Assembly: GCA_002496015.1 (NCBI GenBank)
Contig: DAIF01000001.1
Coordinates: 8,752 to 72,751 of the forward strand
Source: Candidatus Pacearchaeota archaeon UBA73
GTDB lineage: Archaea > Nanobdellota > Nanobdellia > Pacearchaeales > GW2011-AR1
Length of the DNA: 64,000 nucleotides
Reading direction: 5' to 3'
Positions within the stretch are counted from its first letter, which is position 1, and the number at the start of each line of letters is the position of its first letter. The notes under the pieces were generated by a model, which saw nothing but the letters and a program-made list of their open reading frames with translations, made no database searches and was not told where the DNA came from. Below are positions 1 to 9,349 of the stretch, in pieces. A program made the position numbers and the translations under genes.

Positions 1-431
1 TCTTTATCTTCAGGGTTGATTTCATTTCCCACAGTTATATAATCTGAGCTAAACCGATACGCCCCAAAATGCCTGCCGGCAACTGCAACTGGGCAATTAG
101 TCGCTTGGCATATTCCATTAAATCCATTTTTGCCAACATCTATAAAATAGCTCTCATTCTCTCCGATTTCCCGAACATTATCAAGATTTAAAAGAAGCAT
201 CAGCGAATCATTTAAAATCGAAAATCTGTCCCCTGACCAAATCCACAAAGCATCTTTTACTGCGCCGGCAACATCGTTGATACTGACAACAACTTCAAAC
301 GATTTATTCGTAGTCGCAGTTCCATCTTCAGGAGTTGGCGGACTTACAAAATCCACTGAAAGCGCCGCTGCAATAACTGAAAGACAAATCATCAGACAAA
401 CAACCTGCCAAAATAAAAGAAATCCATTCAT
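1..431 (-). CDS. Secreted/membrane protein, partial (start at 431, 3' end runs off the window start)
   Basis: Open frame on minus strand from ATG (rc of 429-431) to position 1 with no stops. N-terminus MNGFLLFWQVVCLMICLSVIAAALS looks like a signal peptide. Not in the ORF track because it is truncated by the window edge. Confidence 0.45.
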   Translation of the reverse strand, partial: MNGFLLFWQVVCLMICLSVIAAALSVDFVSPPTPEDGTATTNKSFEVVVSINDVAGAVKDALWIWSGDRFSILNDSLMLLLNLDNVREIGENESYFIDVGKNGFNGICQATNCPVAVAGRHFGAYRFSSDYITVGNEINPEDK

Positions 432-470
432 AACGAATAAACTGCTAAAGAGAATTTAAACTTTTTCAAG

Positions 471-2156
471 TCAAAATTCAAAACTCTTCTTGTCTCTTCT
501 TCTCTTTCTCACGTATAAGAAAAGTGAAACGGCGGAAATAAGCGCTAGTGCCGCTAATGCATACGTCGTAGTTTCAATACTAACTATGTTTAATTCAAGC
601 TCTTTATTCTTTACTTTAATCAGGGAAGTCTCTCTTTCACCATAACTTACTGCCACTTTGACAAACCTGTTTTTCTCAATATTTTTTTCAGTTAACCTCT
701 GCTCTATCTTGATTTTTCCAGAGCGGCCAGCAGGGATTTTTATAGTCTCCTCAGAACCAACCGTTCTCGACTCTAAATCCAACTGTAAATCTTTTATCAC
801 ACCGCTAACGTAACAGTCTACGTCTGCAACGTTGTTTACCTTAATGCTAAATTCACTATCCGACAAATGGTAATCCGCAGACATTATTTCGATTTCGCAA
901 CTATCTATAACATTAATTCCTCGTATATCCATATTCACACTTAATACCCTATCAAGCGAATCCCGTGTTTCTCCATAAATTGCAAATACGTTTGCAATCT
1001 GGCCCTCAAGAGAGTTGCCTTGCTCAACCGCATAAGCTACTGTCTTATAACTCTCTGGATTTATGAAAATCGATTCCTCGTCTCGCAACCTCAACGCCCC
1101 CTCTCCTTCTCCAATAGTGATTGTTCCTCTTAGCCAAACTGGCAGGCTGGAAGAGCTTTTGTAAGTTACTTCTAGATTTCGACTAACTGAATTGTACTCT
1201 ACAGAATAAACTTCTAATCCAAGAACCGGCGTAGGAACAGGGAATATATCCAATCCCTCTACTGCTGCAACCCCGCCGGTCTGTCCCCTTGCTCCTCTGG
1301 CAAACTTTACCATAACAGAAATCCCGGTAGTCCTCCGAATATTCGTTGCTGCATTTACTAATTCGTTCCCTATCAAAACCCCTATCTCTATATCTGATCC
1401 CTTAAGGTATTCTTGTATGCTTTCCGGAACATTCTCCCGTCCCGTGAATACTACAGGATATTGACTCGTTACAAGTTCCATTTCAATAAATTCCCCATTC
1501 GTAAGCAAAATCTGTTTAACTTCAGCATTTTCCATAAATTTCTCTACGAGATCAATATTGTCCCGAAATCTATTAACATTATAAATTACCTCTGGAGAAT
1601 ACTTTTCAAGACCCTCCCTCACTTCGGGATCAACATATCCGTAAATCAGCAGTTCCTCAACATTTCTCCTCCGTAGGATCTCATCTATTTCTCTGATGTT
1701 CGAATCATCTGCAAAGAACACCCATCCTCCCTTTATATTCGCATAAGGGGAAACAGCCATCGCAGGATAACCGTACAGGTCTGAAACAATCACAAAGTGG
1801 CGAATGTTTGGCAAGTCTTCAACTAATCTTAGATTTAGGTCCGAACCTGTTATCTCTTCAACTGAAGAGAACCCCGCCCCCCTGAACATTTCTCCGTAAT
1901 TGTATACAAACGGGTCTGAAGAGGATATAACTATAATATCATCACTCTTATCAAGGGAGCTCATAAGGGAAGATGCTGCGGCTTCAGTAGTCAGGAAACT
2001 AACTGATGCTCCAATTAGTCTGGAATATCTTATTCCGGAATAGACATCTCGCCAATCCTCGGAATTTATCACCACTTGCACGTCTGCTGCAGAAACGCCT
2101 GCTGCTGATAGAACAATAAAAATGCCTAGAATTGCCACCAAAAAACTCTTCATCAT
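471..2156 (-). CDS. Secreted surface protein: N-terminal signal peptide, C-terminal TM anchor with basic tail; function unknown
   Basis: 561 aa. N-terminus MMKSFLVAILGIFIVLSAAGVSAADV. C-terminal hydrophobic stretch YALAALALISAVSLFLY followed by RKRRRDKK. Confidence 0.6.
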   Translation of the reverse strand: MMKSFLVAILGIFIVLSAAGVSAADVQVVINSEDWRDVYSGIRYSRLIGASVSFLTTEAAASSLMSSLDKSDDIIVISSSDPFVYNYGEMFRGAGFSSVEEITGSDLNLRLVEDLPNIRHFVIVSDLYGYPAMAVSPYANIKGGWVFFADDSNIREIDEILRRRNVEELLIYGYVDPEVREGLEKYSPEVIYNVNRFRDNIDLVEKFMENAEVKQILLTNGEFIEMELVTSQYPVVFTGRENVPESIQEYLKGSDIEIGVLIGNELVNAATNIRRTTGISVMVKFARGARGQTGGVAAVEGLDIFPVPTPVLGLEVYSVEYNSVSRNLEVTYKSSSSLPVWLRGTITIGEGEGALRLRDEESIFINPESYKTVAYAVEQGNSLEGQIANVFAIYGETRDSLDRVLSVNMDIRGINVIDSCEIEIMSADYHLSDSEFSIKVNNVADVDCYVSGVIKDLQLDLESRTVGSEETIKIPAGRSGKIKIEQRLTEKNIEKNRFVKVAVSYGERETSLIKVKNKELELNIVSIETTTYALAALALISAVSLFLYVRKRRRDKKSFEF

Positions 2157-2238
2157 CTACAAAACATGCGTCAGCCCTTATTTAAATTTTTTTATCAAAT
2201 TCGACAACTAACGACATAGGCACTCTGAATAAATCCCT

Positions 2239-2661
2239 TTAAGAAGGTTCGTTCTCTTTCTCCAACCCTTCGAGTTTAACCTTAACTTCATCAACTATCT
2301 TCTTAACTACGTCATAATTTTTCAGACAGAAATCTGCTTTCAGAATTTTTAACTTTGATGAAAATCTCATAAGTTTAAGGTCTTCAGTAGTAACTTCTTT
2401 CCCAGATTTTCTTAGATGAGTTATCTTGTCCTTTAAATCCAAATGCTGATCTCTCAACTCGCTCAACACGCGCTCTTTTAACTCTTCTCGAATTTCTCTT
2501 TTAGAATTGTAAACTCCCTGAAAATGAACTTGTTTTGAAAAATCTTTAACAAATCTATCAAGAACTTCTTTTATCTCGCTGTCATCTATTAAGCTCATTG
2601 CTTCTTCAACATCCTTGATTTCATACCTACTCTTTTCTTCAATCACTCTTCTTGTCCTCAA
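2239..2661 (-). CDS. Hypothetical charged/coiled-coil protein
   Basis: 140 aa, highly charged K/E-rich with heptad-like pattern; no recognisable motif. Confidence 0.4.
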   Translation of the reverse strand: MRTRRVIEEKSRYEIKDVEEAMSLIDDSEIKEVLDRFVKDFSKQVHFQGVYNSKREIREELKERVLSELRDQHLDLKDKITHLRKSGKEVTTEDLKLMRFSSKLKILKADFCLKNYDVVKKIVDEVKVKLEGLEKENEPS

Positions 2662-4657
2662 TTTTCTCGCTTTTCTTTAACTCAACATCTTTGTCAGCAT
2701 TGTTCACTGATTTCTCTTGCTCGTGAGAGTTTTCATCCTCCTTTACGTTGCCTTCTTTCTTCTCCGCAGCAGTCTCCGACTTTTCTTCCGGTTTTGCAGC
2801 GTCTTTTTTATCCGATTCTTTCTTAGCGTTAGTCTCCCCCCCTTCTTGATGTTCATCTGACAGATTCATTCTATTTGCAAGTTCTTTTATCTTCTCCGCA
2901 AGCTCTTCTTTATTCTTCAAAATATCTTCATTGACATTTTCGCCATAAGTTCTCTTTATGTTGATATAGAGGTTCGCTGCTGCCGAATAATTTCCTTGTT
3001 TCATGAATTCTTTCATCTGCTGGAATTGTACGTAAAGATTGAGAGCCTTCTCTTTCTTTTTCTTTTCAGCATATCTTATGTTCATTAATAAAAATATTAA
3101 ACTGAGGATAAAGATTGATATAAAAACTAAGGAGTATCTTACATAATAATCAAATTTATATTTTGTTCCAACTGTAAAACTATCAGCTCCGATTGCATAG
3201 TCTTTGTCACTGGATATTCTGGCATAAAACATATACTCTCCTATCATCAACTCTTTTGGAACATTTATCGATCTTTCTAACACTATCTCTTTTCCCATGA
3301 CCACTACTTCCTCAAATGAATTGTAAGTATTGCCATTAAAATCCCTCAAGGCATAATAAATCCCCGCCTCATGACTCACTGCGTCTTCATAGTTTGTTAT
3401 TTCTATCGAAGCGCTCACATTCTTTCCAGGCTTTACAAAATCTTCTAAAACCTCAACCACAATTTCATAACTCACATTCACAGGATTAACAAAGACTGCG
3501 ATAGGAATACGTACTTCTTGTGCACTGCTTATTATAAGTTCTCCATAATACTCGCCGGGTTCAAGGTTAATATCTGCCTGTACATCCATAACAATTCTTT
3601 TGGCTTCTTTGCTCGCAAGCGTAAAATTAGTATCACTTAAAAACAGGATTCTCTCTAATCCAGAGATTATTAAATTAAAGCTCAAGCTGTTTGTGCCTTG
3701 ATTAGTAATTTGAAAAACTTTGCTCACACTAAATCCTTGTTTAAGTGAGACAGAAAAGCTAGAAATATCTACAGAAAAATTGTTAGCAGATTCAGTCAGC
3801 GAACCCCTAACATCTTCAAATATTCTTTTTCTGACCCCTGCTGTGCCACTCCCCTCTCCCCCACTTTCCCCGCCAGAGCCACTCCCACCCCCCGAACTGC
3901 TTCCGCCAGAAGAACTTCCTCCCGGCGGGCTTCCGCCAGGTACAATTGGAGGTCTCTCATAAACAGAAAACTGTTTTTCTTCAGTGCAGTTTTCAAAGCC
4001 GACGCGGTCATATCCGCACAGTCTCCAAGTTATGAGACTTCCCGGCGGAACAACTATTTGCTCTGTAAATGAGGAATGGTTGCTTCTTCCAGAGATATTT
4101 TGCGTGTAGTTATGCCACTCGCTATAATTTGAACCAGCCCCTTCTTGTAATATCTCAAACACTACCCTATCCAATTCTCTGTCATCATACCAAATTGAGA
4201 AAAAATTTACAAAATCATTTTGGTAAATTATATTTTTATTGATAGATACATTTGAGTAATAAGGATGCAACAGGTCATCCCCCACATACAAATTAATGAC
4301 ATTGCTCTCAGTGGTATACCTTCCATCGCTTGCTTCTATAATCATCTTCCCGGTTGTATTCATTCCCGGCGGCGCAATAAGTGTTAAAATGCCCTCATCA
4401 GAAATAATAATATCAACGTTAATGTTTGATGTTGCATTGTAAGTCAGAGGATCATCTTCAAAATCAATGAAATAATCGTCTAAATCTAATATGTCTGCAT
4501 AAGTTCCTCCGTCAAATGAAATAAGAGAAATCTCCTTCAAAAGAAACGGTGCAGAGTTGCCCACGATTATGCCTGCTGTAGAATCTTCCGCCCCCAACAT
4601 CGGGGACAGAGCTATCAGGCAAAAAACAGCCAGCCAAAGCAATATACCTCTTCGCAT
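2639..4657 (-). CDS. Surface protein with signal peptide, Gly/Ser-rich linker, single C-terminal TM and K/E-rich cytoplasmic tail
   Basis: 672 aa. N-terminus MRRGILLWLAVFCLIALSPMLGA. Linker PGGSPPGGSSSGGSSSGGGSGSGGESGGEGSG. TM YSLVFISIFILSLIFLLMNI, then a lysine/glutamate-rich tail. Confidence 0.6.
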   Translation of the reverse strand: MRRGILLWLAVFCLIALSPMLGAEDSTAGIIVGNSAPFLLKEISLISFDGGTYADILDLDDYFIDFEDDPLTYNATSNINVDIIISDEGILTLIAPPGMNTTGKMIIEASDGRYTTESNVINLYVGDDLLHPYYSNVSINKNIIYQNDFVNFFSIWYDDRELDRVVFEILQEGAGSNYSEWHNYTQNISGRSNHSSFTEQIVVPPGSLITWRLCGYDRVGFENCTEEKQFSVYERPPIVPGGSPPGGSSSGGSSSGGGSGSGGESGGEGSGTAGVRKRIFEDVRGSLTESANNFSVDISSFSVSLKQGFSVSKVFQITNQGTNSLSFNLIISGLERILFLSDTNFTLASKEAKRIVMDVQADINLEPGEYYGELIISSAQEVRIPIAVFVNPVNVSYEIVVEVLEDFVKPGKNVSASIEITNYEDAVSHEAGIYYALRDFNGNTYNSFEEVVVMGKEIVLERSINVPKELMIGEYMFYARISSDKDYAIGADSFTVGTKYKFDYYVRYSLVFISIFILSLIFLLMNIRYAEKKKKEKALNLYVQFQQMKEFMKQGNYSAAANLYINIKRTYGENVNEDILKNKEELAEKIKELANRMNLSDEHQEGGETNAKKESDKKDAAKPEEKSETAAEKKEGNVKEDENSHEQEKSVNNADKDVELKKSEKIEDKKSD

Positions 4658-4687
4658 AAAATTCCTTGGTTCTCTACTTTAAATAAT

Positions 4688-4707
4688 TTGTTCAGTTCAT
4701 TGAACAA
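4688..4707. promoter_or_regulatory. Perfect inverted repeat TTGTTCA-N6-TGAACAA in a divergent promoter region
   Basis: Read directly: ttgttcaGTTCATtgaacaa, lying between the divergently transcribed surface-protein genes 2639..4657(-) and 4773..6818(+) in an AT-rich region with TATA-like tracts. Confidence 0.4.
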
Positions 4708-4772
4708 AATTTACATAATAAATGTTTAGTATAATTTATAAATAATAGAACCTCAAGATTAAACAGGGCAAA

Positions 4773-6818
4773 ATGAGTTCAAAAGAGAGGTATTTCACGA
4801 TTGTATGTCTGCTGTTTATTGGAGCAATCCTTTTACTACAACTTACTCATGCTGAGGAATCTCCCCCACCAGAAGACTCAGATATTCCACAGGATTCTAC
4901 CCCAGACGATTATCAAAATAGTACACAAGATTCTTCTGTCCAAGACCCTCCGGAAGACACTCAAAATGAAACTGAAGTGCCCGAGCTTCCAGAGATTCAG
5001 AGTCCCTCTCTCATCGTCGATCTCGCAGATGCGACAATTGAAGAAGGTGAAGATGCAATTATCACCATAGTAATTGACTCTCCAGACACAACCATTCAGA
5101 CCATTAGATTATCCTATGGAGATGGCAGTGAGAAAATTACCCATCCCGACAGAAGCGGATTCTATTCCGTTCAGGAGAACAAACTATTTTCGCAGCACGG
5201 TAACTATAATATTTTGGTAACAGTTGAATTCTCAGACTGGGAGGACCTTTCTGCTTCGCAAATTCTGAGCGTATCTCCATCAGAAGATTACGAACTTCTT
5301 AGTCAGGACCCTAATGATAAAAAGCCCACACTTTCTTTACTCTATCCGGTTAATGGGGCCATAATAAAATCTAAAAACATTGTCTTAAGGTTCAAGCCTA
5401 ACGATGATCGCTCTCTTAAGGAATGCAACTTTTCCATATACAAAGGAACATCAAGCACGCTAGAGTATCAAGAAGGTTTTCTCTCACCAGAATTAAACAA
5501 AGAATTATCCGTTTCACTTAAGGATTTTGAAAACACTGATTACACTTGGGAGGTAAAATGCACAGACAACAGCTCTCAATCCATAACACAATCTCAAATG
5601 TTCACAGTCAGACTACAGGAAAACGAATATGAGCAGGAAATTCTGGATCTAATGAACAAGGTAGGGGATTTTCTCGATAAAGAAAATTCCTTCAGCCCCG
5701 ATGAGAAAATGGTATTAAACCAGTTAGGAATTCTGGAGAATACTCGGTTCTATAAAAAAAGAATTTCTCAGATTAATCAGGAATTAAGCGAGAGTTATCT
5801 CTCTATCTTAGACGATAAAACACGAAGAGAAAAAGATCAAAAGCTTCTGGACGAACTCAAGGATATACGAAAAGACATCCCCTTAGATGTGGAAATAATC
5901 TACTCTGAAGAGTACATAACCAATTCGCTGCCGGTTTCTTTGGGAGAGATAGCTTCTCAATATGTAATGAATAAAGGTCTTAATTTGAATGAGAGAAAAA
6001 CCAAAATCTTATCAAAGAAGAACGAGGAGATTCAATCAAAAATTAGTTCAACAACAAAGATCCTCCAACTAGAAATAGAATATGAGAATGCAAATAAGCA
6101 GATTACTTTAATTCAAAAATCTCTTAGGGTTTCAGATGGTTTTAACAACGTCTTGGAGATACTCCCTTCTGAAATGGCTTCGCGAGACATAATCTTCATC
6201 ACAACCTCTCAAAAAATCGCGAACGGGCTTTACGAAATAAATCTGGCAGAATCCAAATCAGATAAGATAACTTACTATGTTTTCGAGAAAATAAGCCCTG
6301 AAACAATCAAAGAATCCAAAACCGTTCTGTTCGAAAAGCTTTCTACAGACGGATTTACCCTTGTCGGATTCAGCATACTCGGATTCGATGTTTATGAAAA
6401 CCACAAGCCTCTGTCAATCATTATTTTCTTCCTTGTAGCTCTAGCCGGTTCATTCACTTTTGTAAAGGTTCGTAAGAAGAACGCACCGCAATTAGATGAA
6501 ATCAAAGCGCTTCTTAAAAAAGGGAAAACTCACCTGAAGAAAGATAACTTGGAAGAAGCAAGAGAAGTCTATAAAGGGATCAGGGAAGAATACGAAAAGT
6601 TATCAAAGAAAGACAAAACTAAAATCTACAAAAAAATTAGTTTTTATGGAGAGCAGATAAACAAAAGAGATATGGTTGAACTGATAAAAGAATATAAAAT
6701 AGAAAAAAGAAAAAATACTGAACACGCAAAAGTTCTTTACGAAAGGATAAAACAAAAACATACAAAACTTCCGGAAAAATTCCAAAAAAAGGTTAGGGAA
6801 AAAATATTAATTGATTAA
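4773..6818 (+). CDS. Surface protein: signal peptide, acidic N-terminal region, C-terminal TM and K/E-rich tail
   Basis: 681 aa. N-terminus MSSKERYFTIVCLLFIGAILLLQLTHA. TM PLSIIIFFLVALAGSFTFV followed by KVRKK and a charged tail. Divergent from the 2639..4657 gene. Confidence 0.6.
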   Translation: MSSKERYFTIVCLLFIGAILLLQLTHAEESPPPEDSDIPQDSTPDDYQNSTQDSSVQDPPEDTQNETEVPELPEIQSPSLIVDLADATIEEGEDAIITIVIDSPDTTIQTIRLSYGDGSEKITHPDRSGFYSVQENKLFSQHGNYNILVTVEFSDWEDLSASQILSVSPSEDYELLSQDPNDKKPTLSLLYPVNGAIIKSKNIVLRFKPNDDRSLKECNFSIYKGTSSTLEYQEGFLSPELNKELSVSLKDFENTDYTWEVKCTDNSSQSITQSQMFTVRLQENEYEQEILDLMNKVGDFLDKENSFSPDEKMVLNQLGILENTRFYKKRISQINQELSESYLSILDDKTRREKDQKLLDELKDIRKDIPLDVEIIYSEEYITNSLPVSLGEIASQYVMNKGLNLNERKTKILSKKNEEIQSKISSTTKILQLEIEYENANKQITLIQKSLRVSDGFNNVLEILPSEMASRDIIFITTSQKIANGLYEINLAESKSDKITYYVFEKISPETIKESKTVLFEKLSTDGFTLVGFSILGFDVYENHKPLSIIIFFLVALAGSFTFVKVRKKNAPQLDEIKALLKKGKTHLKKDNLEEAREVYKGIREEYEKLSKKDKTKIYKKISFYGEQINKRDMVELIKEYKIEKRKNTEHAKVLYERIKQKHTKLPEKFQKKVREKILID

Positions 6819-6883
6819 ATTGAACATCAAAGTCGTAATTTCTGCAGCAGATGTGCAAGTGGTGATAAATATTCCTTCTATTT

Positions 6884-7108
6884 TTACAAACTCTCAAACA
6901 ATGCGAGTGCAACAGCTACAAAAAAAGCCACCAAAAATCCTCCTACCCAAACAAACACCCGCAGAAAACTTACATTCAATCCTATTATCAATATAATTAA
7001 AGAAGCCAAAAAAATCCACAACAGCGGACTGACCCTCGTGAAATTTTTCCACGGCATAAATAAATCTAAAATGGGCAACCTTCCAATTAGGTCATAATAA
7101 CTTTCCAT
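6884..7108 (-). CDS. Small two-TM membrane protein (hypothetical)
   Basis: 74 aa with two clear hydrophobic helices (LLWIFLASLIILIIGL and VWVGGFLVAFFVAVALALF). The overlapping + ORF 6811..6996 is less protein-like. Confidence 0.3.
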   Translation of the reverse strand: MESYYDLIGRLPILDLFMPWKNFTRVSPLLWIFLASLIILIIGLNVSFLRVFVWVGGFLVAFFVAVALALFESL

Positions 7109-7250
7109 AAATCTGCCCGTTTCAGATACTTTTTTAATCTTTCTGTTCTGATTAAAATGTAGCTCAGGCCTCAGGAATTTAATAACTTTCTGAGTATCGC
7201 GGATGCTTATCGAATGACATCGCTGCGACGTTCGTTAGCCCGTATAGCAG

Positions 7251-7324
7251 GCCTCTATAGCTCAGCTGGTTAGAGTACGAGTTTCGTAAACTCGGGGTCC
7301 CGGGTTCAAGTCCCGGTAGAGGCT
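7251..7324 (+). tRNA. tRNA-Thr (anticodon CGU)
   Basis: Cloverleaf folded by eye. Acceptor GCCTCTA/TAGAGGC; D-arm GCTC-AGCTGGTTA-GAGT; anticodon stem CGAGT/ACTCG with loop TTCGTAA (anticodon CGT at 7285-7287); variable loop GGGTC; T-arm CCGGG-TTCAAGT-CCCGG; discriminator T. No intron, CCA not encoded. Confidence 0.85.
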
Positions 7325-7331
7325 TTACAAC

Positions 7332-9176
7332 TTAACATACAACACTAACTCGCTTCGTTACAACATTGTTTCCTAAATTAGCATCAACCGCCCCGTCCAA
7401 ATTCGCAGCGACAGTTAAATCGTAATTTCCCGTAGGAAGAGTTACATTTACTGTTCTTGTCCTGTCACTGGTCTTCCCTGGCGCAAGGCCGCTTATCGAC
7501 CCGTGTATCAGCTCCATGCTTCCCAAATACCCTGTGAATACCACATCCTCTGTGTAGTTCCCGAGATTTTTCGCGCGCACTGCAATTTGATATTTTTGAC
7601 CACACTCCAAAGGCGCTCCCGCAGGCACGTCATCGCCCTCGGTTGTTCTGACTCTTATCGTCCCTACGGCATTCGTAACGTTTACTAAGGCAATATCGTG
7701 AATCAAATCCGTTGCAGAAATGCACGCCCCATTTAAGCATCCATTCGGACACGTCTCAAACACGCGATCTTCTTCTCTGAAAGAGCAAACTCCGTTGCAG
7801 GAAAACAGTCTATATTTTTTGCCAACATCATTCCCCAAGCAAAATCCATTCCCAATAAATCCGTCTGTTCCGCAATCTTGGTTTTGAGAACATTCTGCAA
7901 ACGTCTTCCCACAAGAGACATGCACGCTCCTTTTAGCAACGTTATTCAAAAGGTTCGCGTCGGTAAATCCTGAAATAATTGCTTCAAACGTAAGCTCGTG
8001 GTCTCCTTCAGTCAATGTAAAGTTTATAGTTTTTGTCCTGTCGCTGGTCTTTCCACTTTCCAGACTGCTAACTTCTCCATGCTCAATATCTAATCCATCT
8101 GTCCCTCCAACAAAAGTTATGTTCTCTGTAAAATTTCCAAGGTTCCTAACCCGAATTGTAACTCTGTATTTTTCATCGCATTCCAGCGATTCATCCGCAA
8201 AAACTTCCACTCCATCTGTTGTCTGAATGCGGATGGGCCCAACAGTATTTGTAACATTTACAAGCGCGACATCGTGAATCAGTTGTGACGAACCAACACA
8301 AATTCCCTCGGCACATCCCTGCAAGCACGTTTCAACAACCCTGTTTTCGTCAGAATGAGAACATGCACTTTGCACAGTTCCGGCATTGTTGCATGTAAAT
8401 GTTCTAAACTTTCTAATTGCATTCCCATTCAGGCACATTCTATCCTCAACAAAACCGTCGCTGCCGCAGTCAACATCATCGTCGCATGCAGAGGATTCTT
8501 CCAGAGCGTTCAAAACAAACTTAACACATTCTTTAAACAATCCCTCCGCATCATCCGTCCAATATTCAGATTCGGTTATCCCAAAGAAGCAAGCAGCAGC
8601 CTTTGTAGTCTTGCCGTTTTCCAACTTAGAACCCGGTGCAAAATAAGCAATAACATCGTCATCTTTATTCTTTGAGCCAGCTTTTTTTGTAGATGCTGCG
8701 CAGTCCGCAGATTTCGCTTTATTGTCCGCAGAAAGATAATAATATTGAATAGTCCTACCCATTTTTCCTGAGCTAGCAGAATAAACTTTTAGTTCTTTAC
8801 CATGCGCAACGACTGTAAGCGGAGCATTCGCCACTTTTCTGCTCATTCCATCTCTATCAGTAATCCCAAACTTCTTTCCGTTGTATCCGCTCATCATTAC
8901 CATCGGAGCTTCTCCGAATTCTATTTCATCAACGCGCTTTAGTTTTTCATCTCCGATGTAAACTAATTTGTAATCTGAAAAATCTTTTGGCATCCTTCTT
9001 TCATCTATCCTTTCAACAGAAAGAGACATCTTCGAAAAAACATCTAAAACCCTTTCATCGACTTTAGATTCAGACCGATAAATGTAAGCCACATCAGCCG
9101 CATAAACCGAAGAAGCAAAAAGAGCGAAGAGGAACGCTACAAAAGCAAATCTGCAGAAGGCGAGATTCTTTTTCAT
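7332..9176 (-). CDS. Secreted protein with an internal tandem duplication (Cys-rich module plus CARDB-like beta domain, twice)
   Basis: 614 aa. Signal peptide MKKNLAFCRFAFVAFLFALFASSVYA. Two repeats share LIHDVALVNVTNTVGPIRIQTT...LECDEKYRVTIRVRNLGNFTE versus LIHDIALVNVTNAVGTIRVRTT...LECGQKYQIAVRAKNLGNYTE, each preceded by a CxxDxDCG...C module. Confidence 0.6.
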   Translation of the reverse strand: MKKNLAFCRFAFVAFLFALFASSVYAADVAYIYRSESKVDERVLDVFSKMSLSVERIDERRMPKDFSDYKLVYIGDEKLKRVDEIEFGEAPMVMMSGYNGKKFGITDRDGMSRKVANAPLTVVAHGKELKVYSASSGKMGRTIQYYYLSADNKAKSADCAASTKKAGSKNKDDDVIAYFAPGSKLENGKTTKAAACFFGITESEYWTDDAEGLFKECVKFVLNALEESSACDDDVDCGSDGFVEDRMCLNGNAIRKFRTFTCNNAGTVQSACSHSDENRVVETCLQGCAEGICVGSSQLIHDVALVNVTNTVGPIRIQTTDGVEVFADESLECDEKYRVTIRVRNLGNFTENITFVGGTDGLDIEHGEVSSLESGKTSDRTKTINFTLTEGDHELTFEAIISGFTDANLLNNVAKRSVHVSCGKTFAECSQNQDCGTDGFIGNGFCLGNDVGKKYRLFSCNGVCSFREEDRVFETCPNGCLNGACISATDLIHDIALVNVTNAVGTIRVRTTEGDDVPAGAPLECGQKYQIAVRAKNLGNYTEDVVFTGYLGSMELIHGSISGLAPGKTSDRTRTVNVTLPTGNYDLTVAANLDGAVDANLGNNVVTKRVSVVC

Positions 9177-9349
9177 GAATACACAAAAACAGCTGTTTAT
9201 TTAAACTTTAATTGTCACTCGAAGATAAGAAAATATAAACAAACGTTAACAAACTATGCTGAACAGTTTAAAAAATTCAGCAATCAGAGTCTTCAAAAAT
9301 ACAACCCTAAGACGCCAATGTAATATTCATAAAATGCTAATTTAGTTGT

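Noticed and set aside
277-459. ORF 277..459(+)
   Set aside because: It is antisense to a longer, signal-peptide-bearing minus-strand frame (1..431) that continues off the window.
3720-4011. ORFs 3720..3962(+) and 3796..4011(-)
   Set aside because: They fall inside or antisense to the Gly/Ser-rich linker region of the 2639..4657 gene; low-complexity artefacts.
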